A stretch of 64,000 nt of DNA from Octopus vulgaris (lineage: Eukaryota). The notes beneath the pieces are model-generated. The model did not search any database and was not told the origin of the DNA. It was given only the letters and a program-made list of their open reading frames with translations. Made by a program: the position numbers and the translations under genes. Shown here in pieces: positions 42,236-55,207 of this stretch; position 1 is the stretch's first letter; each line of letters opens with the position of its first letter. Where the stretch lies: positions 2,418,001-2,482,000 of the forward strand of contig OX597824.1 of NCBI GenBank assembly GCA_951406725.2, written 5' to 3'.

Positions 42236-42240
42236 AATGA
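41813..42240 (+). mobile_element. Diverged SINE family C piece followed by a retroposon tail ending in (GAT)n
   Basis: GTAAGAAGCTTGCTTCC...GAGTTCAG...GTAGACGAAAACTGAAAG; CCATGCCAGCATGGAAAACGGACGTTAAA(TGA)n. Confidence 0.6.
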
Positions 42241-42456
42241 TATTTGTAAGTAAGTATATGTGTATCTATCTGTGGGGTGCGTAGGAGAGAGCGTGAGAGA
42301 GTTTATTTAACACCACCACATCCTGACAAACGATGCTTATATAAGTCCTAGGCCTATATAAACAAGAAAATGTACTCAATTCGATTTGTTCTGCTACTAA
42401 AATCCATCAATGTTGTGTCCAAGCACAGTCACAGTCAAATGACTGAAGCAAGTAAC

Positions 42457-42492
<36 letters not shown>

Positions 42493-42515
42493 CATACATA
42501 CATACATACATACAT

Positions 42516-42566
<51 letters not shown>

Positions 42567-42640
42567 GAGAAAGAGAGAGGGAGAGAGAGAGAGCAAGAGC
42601 GAACGATGTGGCACAACCTTTAACTTTCAATTTATTTGTC

Positions 42641-42800
42641 AAGGTAACGAGCTGGCAGAATAGTTAACACTCCGGACAAAATGCTTAACGAAATTTCGTC
42701 CGTCTCTACGAACTGAGTTAAAATTCCGCCACAATTGACTTTGTCTTTCATCCTTTCGGTGTCGAAGTTTCACACTTTTTTATGCCTTTAGTAGAAAAGA
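42641..42800 (+). mobile_element. SINE family A, diverged
   Basis: AAGGTAACGAGCTGGCAGAA...GACTTTGTCTTTCATCCTTTCGGTGTCGA. Confidence 0.75.
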
Positions 42801-43579
42801 AGAGTATTTTGACTCTGCATCAGTTTTTATTAAGATGATTGAGATTATTCGCCAAGATGAAGATTACTTGAACATCAAACATTAAATACATCATCGTTTG
42901 TATTTAGTTTGTGGAATATCATTCATTGCTCAGAAAGAATCCCAGCGCATTAGATTTAAGCCGATCTAATCTCGAATTATCATGCACAATTAATCAATCC
43001 AACCGATATTACAATCGAGAAAGCTGAAACTTAATTATTGCTTGTCATTAAGTCTAATAACAAACGACTGTGTCTGAAACTTAATTGTTGTCATTGCTTT
43101 GATTATTTCTAGAACGACAAAATGGAGAGTTTGCCGCGTCGTTTGGCGTAAATTTAATTTTAAATTAAAATATAGCCAGACTACCTTCCCACGCTAACAC
43201 AAGGCCACAGCTTCACGGATGTAGGAGACGATTGAACTGAATTCATTAATTGCCTGGTATTTATTTTATACAGGAAGCTGAAAACTACAGTCGACCCTGA
43301 AATCATAGCGCGGAGATGAACGACTAAAGTTTCTCATTAAATATTCTGACTCAGTTGCTTCGACAGATGTAAACAAGAGACTTTACTCGATCGCTCAGTC
43401 CACAAAACATAGAAGTAAAATCTACTTGAAATTACACACATCCTATCTATATTTATTACATTATTTATAAAAAAGGCTGTTGTTCTATCAAGAGAAATTT
43501 ATATTTTAAGCTATTTAATAACTTATAGTTAAATAATCGGCGTATCAATTCTCATAGCTGTTTTAACAGTTTTATCATG

Positions 43580-43952
43580 TTATTACCTCCACCTTAGCGA
43601 AGGCCGAGTTATTGTTTTCAGTCGTGTTTGTTTCTTTGTCCATGGACAAGATATCTCAAGAACCACTGGATGGATTCGGACAAAACTTACAGGGATGTTT
43701 GGCCTCGTGATTGGCACAAACTGATTAGATTTTGGGATCAATCTGGTACCGGACACAAGGGTTCTGGATTATTTTTCCAGTTTATTTTAGTTAATTTTTG
43801 AGAGCAGTCAGGTTCATTCTTAGTATTCTTATCTGTGAGAGCAGTCTAGTTTACTTCAGATATTCTCATTTTAAAAATCATCTCCGGTTACTCGTTGAGA
43901 GGACTTTGGTGTTGCCTTGGCCGAGCTTTGCGCTCTCTCAGTGCTCTTGTTT
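43580..43952 (+). mobile_element. Helentron-associated non-autonomous element (HINE-like)
   Basis: 5' TTATTACCTCCACCTTAGCGAAGGCCGAGTT; 3' CCTTGGCCGAGCTTT + hairpin GCGCT-CTCTC-AGTGC + CTTGTT; TT target; absent from the paralogous site near 48050. Confidence 0.75.
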
Positions 43953-44237
43953 ATATTAAATCGTTGATATTTCCTATAGCTGTTCATGTGAATGACATGT
44001 ATTCTTTAATACACAATTTTCGTATGTCAAAACAAAATCTATTTTAATACAATATTTATAATTATATTCATAGCGTATTTATACTATGTATCTATAATAC
44101 TACATACATACTGCTCTACGTATAAATGATATAATATTATCAGCTCTGCTCTCATTCTTCATCTGAGAAACGAAGGAAAAACAATAACTGATATTGATTC
44201 GATTATTGATCAATTGAAAATCAACCAAAGTGATAGC

Positions 44238-44371
<134 letters not shown>

Positions 44372-45085
44372 TTTTCTTGAAATGTTAACGAGGGAAAATC
44401 GTCTTCATTTTATTTAAGGAAGCGAACTGGTAGAGTCACTCTACTGAAATAATTTACAATATTTCTTTCTGTTTTTTTTGCGTTCATTGTTCAAAACCTC
44501 ACCCCTAAGTTTGTATTTCACCCTTCCTCTTAGTTTACAACGACAGACGTTCGGAGTCATGCGAACGTCACTCAGGATGCGTTACAATATTTGTTCTAAA
44601 TGTTTCAACGTTCTGAGATCAAACGCCACTGCCGTTTACTTGGGTGGTAGTTTTCATCCATCGCACTGTTTGCCAAAAACACCTGGTCTTTGGTTGCTTT
44701 TTACTGAATCAACTCAGCGGCAAACGATAGAAAGAATAGATTTTCTAAACTCTAAAAACACTCTTCTAAATTACGTGTTGCACTCAATTATTTCAACAAC
44801 TTCCAGGGTTTACTTTACATTCCAAAGTGTTATTGAATCATTCATTAGAAGATGAGTGATTTAATGAATCTCAGGTGATTGACGAAAGGTTTAGCTAAGC
44901 GCTGTTGACCGTATTTGAAATCAGACCATAATGGGGTGCGGCAAAATAAGGATTTGTAACACTTAATGACGTATTATACAGGATTGTACTGCTCATTATA
45001 TCAATCTGGTATTTGACTGGTTTTTCACTTTAATTGACTTTGGTGAGTTTTGAACACAGAATCGAAAATGAGGTGACTCAATAAC

Positions 45086-45321
45086 TATTTCTTTACTACC
45101 CACAAGGAGCTGAACACAGAGGGGACAAACAAGGATAGGCAAACGGATTAAGTCAATTACATCGATCCTAGTGCGTAACTGGTACTTAATTTATCGACCC
45201 CGAAAGGATGAAAGATAGAGTCGACCTCGGCGGAATTTGAACACAGAACGTAATGGCACATGAAATACGGCTACGCATTTCGCCCGGTGTGCTAACGTTT
45301 CTGCCAGCTCGCGGCCTTCAA
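45086..45321 (-). mobile_element. SINE family A, full length, 15-bp TSD
   Basis: AGGTGACTCAATAAC at 45071-45085 and 45322-45336. Confidence 0.92.
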
Positions 45322-46129
45322 AGGTGACTCAATAACCTTAACTCAATCCTACGTTCTCTGCTTTTGGGGCGTTTTTTGTTGTTTTTTTTTGTGATTTAGC
45401 ATAATGCCTTTTAAAATGTAAATGTAAACATCTTTCTAAATGATGTTTTCCAAATAATTCTCTTTCACTACCTGTTATGTATTTTTTCAATAATAGAAAA
45501 AAATACATGGGAAGTGTGTAAGAACCTAAAGCAAGTCAGATCTCGATAGATTTTCAATTCTTAAAACCGATTCAATTCCGGTATAAATGTTGTTGGGTTT
45601 AGCAGCGTTGTATCAGTTCTGGCTCCCGTCTTCCCATGATGCGCCTTCGTGAAAAGAAAACCAAGATGTCACTCATTACGGTATATAATCATATATTTTC
45701 GCATCGTATTTGATACACATATCTTTCAATATGTGTATATGCGTATGTGTGTGCGTGCGTCTGTGTTTGTGTGTACTAATGTGTAAGGCTATGTTTAGGA
45801 AATATAGAACGGAAATATTTCATTCTCATACACAACACATAGATAGGGACAAGTTCCAAAAGTAAATACAACATCCCTCGTTAAATCGTTTTATTTGTGC
45901 TGCCAAAAGTTGCTGCTTTAAATTGTTAATGTATTCACATGTTATGACATTATTTTGTTTCTAAAAATACATTTCTTCAAAGATAATGAAGTCTATTTAC
46001 TATTGGGCGGTGTGTGTATATCCATGCATAAACATACATATGTGAATATGGGAATGTATGTGAGTGTGCGGGCGTATGTGGTTGTCTAGATACAGAGATA
46101 GAGTGAGATAACGAGAGGTAGGTAGTTAG

Positions 46130-46400
46130 CTAGATAGATAGAGATAGAGATAGAGAGAGATGGAGAGATAGATAAAGAGATAGAAAGATGGAGAGATAGA
46201 TAGAAAGAGAGAGATAGAGAGAAAGATAGATAGATAGATAGATAGATACATACATACATACATACATACATACATACATACATACGTACATACATACATA
46301 CATACATACATACATACATACATACATACATACATACATACATACATACATACATACATACATACATACATACATACATACGTACATACATTACATACAT
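46130..46400. repeat. Compound (GATA)n/(CATA)n microsatellite
   Basis: Direct reading of the sequence. Confidence 0.95.
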
Positions 46401-46964
46401 ACACGTGTGTGCATGTGGAGACAGAAAGGGAGGCAGACAGACAGACAGACAGTTTCATAGAGGAGGAATATAGAAAAGCAGGGAGCTTATTTAGGAAAAC
46501 AAAAAGTTTGCATGGGGATAAGTAAGCTGGTGAATATTACAAATATATCCGGAAGCAATATTTAACACCTACTCAGGTAAGGACACTAAAGTAATGTAAT
46601 TTCCCGGAACACCTGAGCACTCAATTCAATTATCATGTTTTACTCATCGTTGCTAATCGCATTAGCATCGCTGAAAATATCGACTAAAATAAGTAGCAAC
46701 ATTGGAATTACAAGCATGGAATATTTCGCAATGTTTGGTGTGGCAGACTAAGAAAAAAAAAAGCGAAATTTACTTTTGGAACAGAATTCTAAAGAAGAGG
46801 AATTGTTTCATACAGTCACAGGTTTGAATGTTATGAATTTCGTATGTATTTGTCGTTATGTATTTCGTACATATTTATATTCAAATTGTCATGGAAGAAT
46901 AGGCAAACTCGCTGGCTTATTTTCTTTCTTTTTTTTTCATATGAAATCTTTATTTCTTGAATTA

Positions 46965-47885
46965 AACGCAGCGAACTGGTGGATTCGTTAGAGCGTGAGA
47001 AAAACCGCTGGTACTATTTTTTTTTTTTACGTTCTGAATTCAAATCTTAGCCAAGATCAATTTTGATTTTTATCCATGCGGAGTCGACAGCAGGAAATAC
47101 CAGTCATTTAATGAGGTAATGCAATTAACTGCATCCCCGACTCTCGAAACTGCTGGCCAGGCGTCTAATTTAGAAAACACAATGGGCCTGACAAGTTGGC
47201 AGACTCTTTAGAGCCTGACAAGAAATGCTTACCACTATATTTTCTTTATTTTCTGAGTTCAAATCCTGCCTGTGCCAGCATTGCTTTCCATCCTTTTGGG
47301 ATTCATAAATTGAAATACAAGTAAAGCGTTAGGGCTGATGAAACTGACTAACCCTACATCTCTGGAAATTGCTGGCCTTGTGCCTCAATGAGAAATTATA
47401 TTTCACCAAACGAACAATGACATTGCGAAACTGGGATTGTATTTTGTAAAAAAATAAATAAAAATAAAAATAAACTATATGACTCGAAAAGGCTTTTGCG
47501 GAACTCATAGACAAGAGATTCGGTGAAGACGCTTTTATGCGGTGACAACTCGCAGATGTCCATCCATCGATCCGTCTTCTCCGACAACGATGCCTGCAAG
47601 GATCGCGGGTATTGAAACCCTAGGTAACTTATCCAAATGTCATTCGACTTTCCAGGACCATTCTCAAGGGTAACCAACTGAGATTGTGTCGTTAGCGTAT
47701 CTAATACTGCAAACGTTTCAATAATTCTGAATCGACGTTCTGTGTTCAAATTCCACCGAGGATAACTTTGCCTTTCATCCTTTTGGGGTTGATAAATTAA
47801 GTACCAGTTGCGTACTGGGGTCGATCTAATCGACTGACCTCCTCCTCCAAAATTTCTGGCCTTGTGCCTGGAGTAGAAAAGAAAA
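46965..47885 (+). mobile_element. Cluster of three same-orientation family A SINEs (~46965-47180, ~47190-47400, ~47690-47885)
   Basis: Each has a GTTCAAAT-type B-box-like motif, a TTTCATCCTTTTGGGG-type core and a GGCCTTGTGCC-type tail. Confidence 0.75.
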
Positions 47886-48209
47886 CAATATCTCTGAACA
47901 AAATAGTTTGTGCAGGAACTTTCTACATGGATATGAATTAGACACCAAACATTCTTGGTATATTATTTATGAAGGCTATTGTTAGATTTATAGTTTAAGC
48001 TATTTAATAAACGGTCGGCGTACGAATTCTCACACTTAATAGTTTTATAATGTTATTTTTATTAAATTATTGACGTCTGCTATGATACTGTTTATGTAAA
48101 TGACATATCTTCCTTAATATATAATTTTCGTATGTCAACACAGAATCTATTTTCATACAGTACATATAATTACATTCATAATGTAGTTACACTATGTATT
48201 TCTAATACC

Positions 48210-48428
48210 TATTTCTTTACTACCCACAGGGGGCTAAACAGAGAGGGGACGAACAAGGACAGACAAACGGATTAAGCCCCAGTGCGTAACTGGTACTTAT
48301 TTAATCGACCCCGAAAGGATGAAAGGCAAAGTCGACCTCGGCGGAATTTGAACTCAGAACGTAGCGGCAGAAGAAATACTGCTAAGCATTTCGCCCGGCG
48401 TGCTAACGTTTCTGCCAGCTCGTCGCCT
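48210..48428 (-). mobile_element. SINE family A, near full length with a small internal deletion
   Basis: Matches the 41236 copy; imperfect TSD TATGTA(A)TTT(C/G)TAATACC. Confidence 0.9.
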
Positions 48429-48777
48429 GTATGTAATTTGTAATACCAGTAAAGTGCTGGAGTTGATGGAATGGACTAATACCCCCTACCGTGGGCCTAA
48501 ATTATAAAAAAAAAAAATTATCACACGAACAAAACTTTGCGAAAGGGGATTGTGGATATTATCCAACCATTTCGTTTTTGGCCCACCTATAAGTCTCCAA
48601 TCGATTGATTCGACTTGAAGAATTCGATTTGCGATTGAATTCTACGATATTCTAGTCACAGATGTAATGATTAATATTGTATAACAACTGTAGACAACCC
48701 AAGACAGAGCCGAAAGCTGTGTGAGTGAAGTGAAACTTGCTTGAGACAGAAATGCGACAGAATCGAGTAATTCTGCT

Positions 48778-48813
<36 letters not shown>

Positions 48814-49302
48814 AATGGGGAAAGGCATGAACGCCACAAATGCGTTTATTCCCTTGTTACTAATGAACATTTTCATTCGGGTTATTACAAAGAAAGCAAT
48901 GTAGTTATTGCTGTTGGTGTTATTTCGGTGTTGGTGTTGTTGTTGTTGTCGGTGCTGGCGGTGGAGGTAGGCGGGTGCCGCAGGAGGAGGGCGTGATGGA
49001 GGATTATGTTTGTTATTGTAGCCTGGATGTTGCTGCCGTTGCAGTTGATGTTTTTCCCTATTTTCTCACTCCCTTTAATTCGTATCCTTCCTAAAAGGGA
49101 ATATTTGGCTTAAATAAACGGTAAAACATTTAAAATGTATTGGAATATTCTGGTAAAAAGATATGCAATTGAATTTTATGAATTATTATTTTACATACTG
49201 AATAGAAGTTATAATGAATAAAGAAGTTATAATAAATGGATATAGAATTATAGACAAACACTCACAGAGACTTATATATGTGCGCGTGTCGTGTATGTGT
49301 GC

Positions 49303-49339
<37 letters not shown>

Positions 49340-49828
49340 TGTGTGTGTATTTGTGTGTATGTGTGTGTGTTTGTGTGTGCTTGCGGGTGCATATATGTGC
49401 TTGTGTGTGTAAAGATGTCTACCCGAATATAAAATTATTACTATATATACAGATATGTATACAAGCATACATGCATAAATCATTCTCTCTATATATATGT
49501 ATACTCACACACACACAAACACACGTACACATACACACACACACGTACACACACACACATACACACTATATATATGCATGTATGTATGTATGTATGTATA
49601 CTGCAATGATTGACGGTATCAAGGTAACTTAATTATACTCAAATGTTCAATAGTCTAAGACGCGTGTTCACACCATAACTCATATTGCTGTATTTGAAAG
49701 CTAATAACTCGGATTTATTATTTAGTATAAATAACTTATTGGAATTCAATACAGATTTGCAAATGAAAGTGCGTAAATCTAACAACATTTTTTTTCATAT
49801 TTTATACTACTTTTTATCATCATCATCA

Positions 49829-50462
<634 letters not shown>

Positions 50463-50476
50463 ATTTCAAATTTGAT

Positions 50477-50722
50477 AACCCCAGAACTCAACTGGTGCTT
50501 ATTTTATCGACGCCGAAGGGATGAAAGCCAAAGTCTACCCCGGTAGCATTTGAACTCAGAAGATGAAGACTGAAGAAATTCTGCTAAGCATTTCGCCCGA
50601 CGTGCTAACCATTTTGCCATCTCGCCGCCATGATAATAACGATGATAATAATCCTTTCTACTAAAGGCAAAAGACCTTCAATTTGGTGGAAGGGGACAAG
50701 TCGATCCCATTTAACCCCAGTG
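50477..50722 (-). mobile_element. Family A SINE 5' part (50477-50630) and a separate 3' fragment (50652-50722)
   Basis: ACTGGTGCTTATTTTATCGACGCCGAAGGGATGAAAGCCAAAGTC...CTCGCCGCC. Confidence 0.75.
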
Positions 50723-50897
50723 TATTCACGTAGGCATTCAAATATGTCCATCTATGTGGGCATCACATGTATCAGTCCATCTTTAATGAGATGTCAATAA
50801 ACAACGTTGTCGTGTTATATATACATATATACATACATATATATACAAACATATATATATATATATATATATATACGTGTATATATATATATATGTA

Positions 50898-50950
<53 letters not shown>

Positions 50951-51129
50951 ATATATGTATATATATATATATATATATATCATGACAATATTACTAGAAT
51001 TAATAACTACATTTTCAGCTGACCTACGAATGGAATTCTGTCATATGTTCGTATTTTATTTTTGAATAGGGAAAATCGCTCCCTCAGTCCCAAATCATCT
51101 GCATCATTGGTCTTTCTATCTTTCTTGCT

Positions 51130-52215
51130 CTGAGTATTGATGAAAGCATTTCATACGAAGGTGCTGTGGATTAAGATAAATTGACCAGGGTATATTATGC
51201 CAGAATGAGAAAATATGGCAATCGGATATCTACTCTTACCACAGGAAAATATCCCACAATTCATTTGCAGTACAAGTGTTGATTCCAACATTTATGATGC
51301 TTCAGTGGTATGTAAGGATAATGCACTCGATTGACGTTAAAACCCTCCGCAAGATATTGACATCTATTGGAAATCTCCACAAGAATAGTGATATGGGCAT
51401 GTTCTACCGAAGAGGTAAAGGAAGTGAAGACCTGAGATTAGTGCCGTCAGCCTTCGAATGTCGCACGCTCTTTCACAGACATCTCTTGCTAAACAGCAGC
51501 AAAAATAAACACATTGACTCAGTGTTGAAAAGTGAAGAGAACCATAAGGTACGTGTTGGAAGTGAGCTTCCCAGCAAGCACGCTCCCCTTGATGACCTCC
51601 CATACAATTCCAGAACATCCGGACTAATATACCTCAAAGAAGACCAGGATGTGAAACTCTCAGCTCACAAATAATTACCATGCGTGTGTACGCTTCTCGA
51701 AGACTTCAAGAAGACAGCAATATTGACAGGAAGTGAAACCTCTTTTGGACGCGTAACCTCTACATCACATTATTCTTCGAAGGTTATGAATTTTCAATCC
51801 AAGAATGGAAGACTGCTACTAAATACTTAATAAACGAAAGAGGCAATGAAACTCTTGACGTCCCAAGATGCAACGGAGAGTGTAGATTACGTCATATTTC
51901 TGTGGAAAACATCACACATATGATTAAAAACTGCCCAAAGATGTCATCAAGATACAGCCTCTCTTTGCAGCATAACGTTGCTGCAAGAACGCCATACAAT
52001 GCCATTAGGAAAACAAACTATTTTGGAATAAATACGGAGAGTCGCCTGTTGTTCAAAATGTACACAAATATGAGCTCAAGGAATACAGGCGCAACATTTC
52101 CTTCAAAGCAGGTCGGATAGTGTTATTTGGGAGAGACAAGAAAAAGTATGTACCGTCATAGAGGTCAACTGTCCTGCTGAAGGGGATATCTCTCTCAAAA
52201 TCAATGTGAAAGAGG
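51130..52215 (+). pseudogene. Degenerate R4/Dong-type (RLE) non-LTR fragment
   Basis: IDVKTLRKILTSIGNLHKNSD..FYRRGKG; CRL..SVENITHMIKNCPKMSSRY..L.HNVAA (CCHC + RH motif); IEVNCPA. Confidence 0.75.
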
Positions 52216-52544
52216 ATAACTATGGTCAAGTCTTTTCCCTCATTCTTAACCACCTTATACGATTCCCACCCCCGCATCTTTTTCTTTCTCTTATTACTTG
52301 ACCGTTTCATTTTTCCCGAAATTTCTTCTATTCTGTCTGTCATGGCTTCGCCATGCATTTGAACTCACACCTACAGTACATTAAGTTGGGAATTGCAAGC
52401 AGCATTGTAAGCTTCATATAGTTAAGGTAATCTTGGCCTGATGATTAGCTAACCTGAGGACCCTTCGTTGAGTAATTGTTGGATCAGAGCATTAGCTAAG
52501 AAACATAGGTAGCCTGGATTTTCTCCGTTCCACTCTCTCAATTA

Positions 52545-52612
<68 letters not shown>

Positions 52613-52916
52613 TTAAATTTAAAATGAGGGTGAGAAATTAGATATTAATTTAATTAACATCGATTTCACGCCAGTGGCCTAGCACATAAAAAAAATGAAG
52701 ATTCAGTAAAATTTATTATATACGTATTAGAGGGAAACCACTTCTGCTCGATTACGTTTTGGTTTTTTTTGCTAAATTTTTCTTGAGAACATTTCATAGT
52801 GGTAAGACCATAGCAAATCTATTTCTAGCATAAGGGTGTCCACATAGTGGTTTCCCTCTAATATGTGTATATATATATATATTAACATACATATTCTCAT
52901 CCATACACACACATAC

Positions 52917-52947
<31 letters not shown>

Positions 52948-53845
52948 CATACATACATACATACATACATACATACATACATACATACACACATACATAC
53001 CTGTATGTTGGTGTAAAACACACAAGTTTCAGAATAGTCCCATCAGCTTAAAGGTAAATTATAGGAAAAAAATATACATATCGTATAAAACCACTAAACT
53101 AATGAAGAATAGTATACACCATCAGATATAATCAGTGTGCTTCCCAACTCTGCGCCTGAAATTTTGCTTAAACCAACAGATAAATGGTTCCTTCGTGTTT
53201 TTAAACATCATGGATAGCCGAGAGAATAAATCGTTAATATTCTTTGCTCGATCGTGTAACTTCTGATTTGGTTTCTCGTTATACAGGCAATGAGAGTGAA
53301 AATAGATCGGATCAACGGAAAGCCTAGCAAACTGGGTTGAAGTGAAATAACCGACCTAAAGTAAAATCAGGAATACAAACTTCATATTGATGCAATATTG
53401 TAATAAATATTTATGAAGCACTAGAAATCCTCGTACACATATAAATCAATGAGATTCTTGATATAAAGCAAACCTCTCTAGAGATAAATTAGAACGGAAC
53501 AATACCGGATAATAAGTCACTTTTTCTTTTTACATAATTTTATGGGAAAGCAAATGAATTTCAAAGCTACACATTTACGAATAATGGATTCGCTAAAGTG
53601 TTTTTTGACACGGAAAAGCTTTTGTCTCTCTTTGTTCAGCTTAAGAGCGAAGAATATGAATATTCGTTTGTTTATTAATTCAGAATTTCACCGGGAAAAT
53701 GTCATATATCTATATATAATATTATATTTTATATACATGCACACTGACATACACACCCATATACGTATACATATGCATATAGATGGACAGATAGACAGAC
53801 AGATAGTTAAAGAAAGACAGACAGACAGAAATATATATATATATG

Positions 53846-53926
<81 letters not shown>

Positions 53927-54033
53927 ATATATATGTATGTATATATATGTATATATATATATGCATCTATGTATATATGTATGTATATATTTATGTAAAT
54001 GTATATATGTATGTATATATATATATGTAAGTA

Positions 54034-54069
<36 letters not shown>

Positions 54070-54082
54070 GCATAAGGGTGTC

Positions 54083-55207
54083 TTGTGTTTGAATGAGATT
54101 GCCGAAAAAACATCACAAGTGGTCAACACACGATCCGTCAAACAGATTCGTAGCAAGTTGAAACATATCGAAGTATCTTTCAAACTGATAAGAGGCCATT
54201 ATGAAAAGCTTCTACATATTTTCACAGTTCAAGAACAACAACAGCTAGAAAATCAGCAGCTACAACAACAACAACAACAGAATGAGCCACTCCTGGTTCC
54301 CAGCACAATGGCTAAACCTGACATCGGTCAGGCACAACAACAACAACAACAGCCACAGCAAAAAGAACAACAACAGCCACTCCTCAACTCTAGCTTACTA
54401 GACGATTCACTAAATGCCAGTATCTTTTCACCGCTCTCACAGCAACCAACACAATTATCATCATCATCATCACCACCGCTGCCACCATCGTCTTCTATCA
54501 CCAAAAATACCAACAGAAAACCAAATAAGAAACCACTGCCCTCTTCCCCCACATCACCACCTCAATACTACTGCAGTAACAAAAACTTAAAGAAACATAG
54601 GAAGCAGAATGCGCCCCCCACGGCACAAACAAGAAATCCCCAAATATGCCGCTATTCACTGCGCCAGAGACTCTGCACAAATAGTGACTGCATCTTCACG
54701 CATCTACCCGGCACTAGACGCACTACCGGCCAAGGCCAAAGCACGCATCCCACAATAACATCAACACCACCAAATAGTAAATCGAAATTCAAAACACACA
54801 CAACTCGGAGTCCCAAAATCTGCCGGTATTCCCAACGTGAGAGAACATGTCTACTGAGTGACTGTCCCTTCACTCATCTTCCAGGGACCCGACGCACAAA
54901 CAGAAACGGGGCCTCAAGCCAACACACAAACCTGAATAACAATAAAAATAGAAACACACCATGCTGCAGTAATGCTGGTCCAGTCTTTTCAGGAAGACAC
55001 AAAAACAACAACAACAAAAGTGGAAACTACAACCCTATCCAACAGTGCAACCACACCTCCAGCCAAAAACTGCTCCCTAAGCAGGAAAATTCTTTTTTAG
55101 CCATGTTGAACATGGCAAAAGAGATACACAAAAACATTCTAGCCATCACTCAACACCATCCTATGCTATTACCCCAGTGCACCAATTCCCCACATTGCTG
55201 CCACTAA
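54083..55207 (+). CDS. CR1 ORF1 (partial): polyQ/S/P low-complexity region plus two CCCH-type zinc fingers
   Basis: [19 protein letters not shown] and [19 protein letters not shown] (C-x8-C-x4-C-x3-H), each followed by LPGTRRT; the listed start is TTG. Confidence 0.75.
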   Translation: MCLNEIAEKTSQVVNTRSVKQIRSKLKHIEVSFKLIRGHYEKLLHIFTVQEQQQLENQQLQQQQQQNEPLLVPSTMAKPDIGQAQQQQQQPQQKEQQQPLLNSSLLDDSLNASIFSPLSQQPTQLSSSSSPPLPPSSSITKNTNRKPNKKPLPSSPTSPPQYYCSNKNLKKHRKQNAPPTAQTRNPQICRYSLRQRLCTNSDCIFTHLPGTRRTTGQGQSTHPTITSTPPNSKSKFKTHTTRSPKICRYSQRERTCLLSDCPFTHLPGTRRTNRNGASSQHTNLNNNKNRNTPCCSNAGPVFSGRHKNNNNKSGNYNPIQQCNHTSSQKLLPKQENSFLAMLNMAKEIHKNILAITQHHPMLLPQCTNSPHCCH

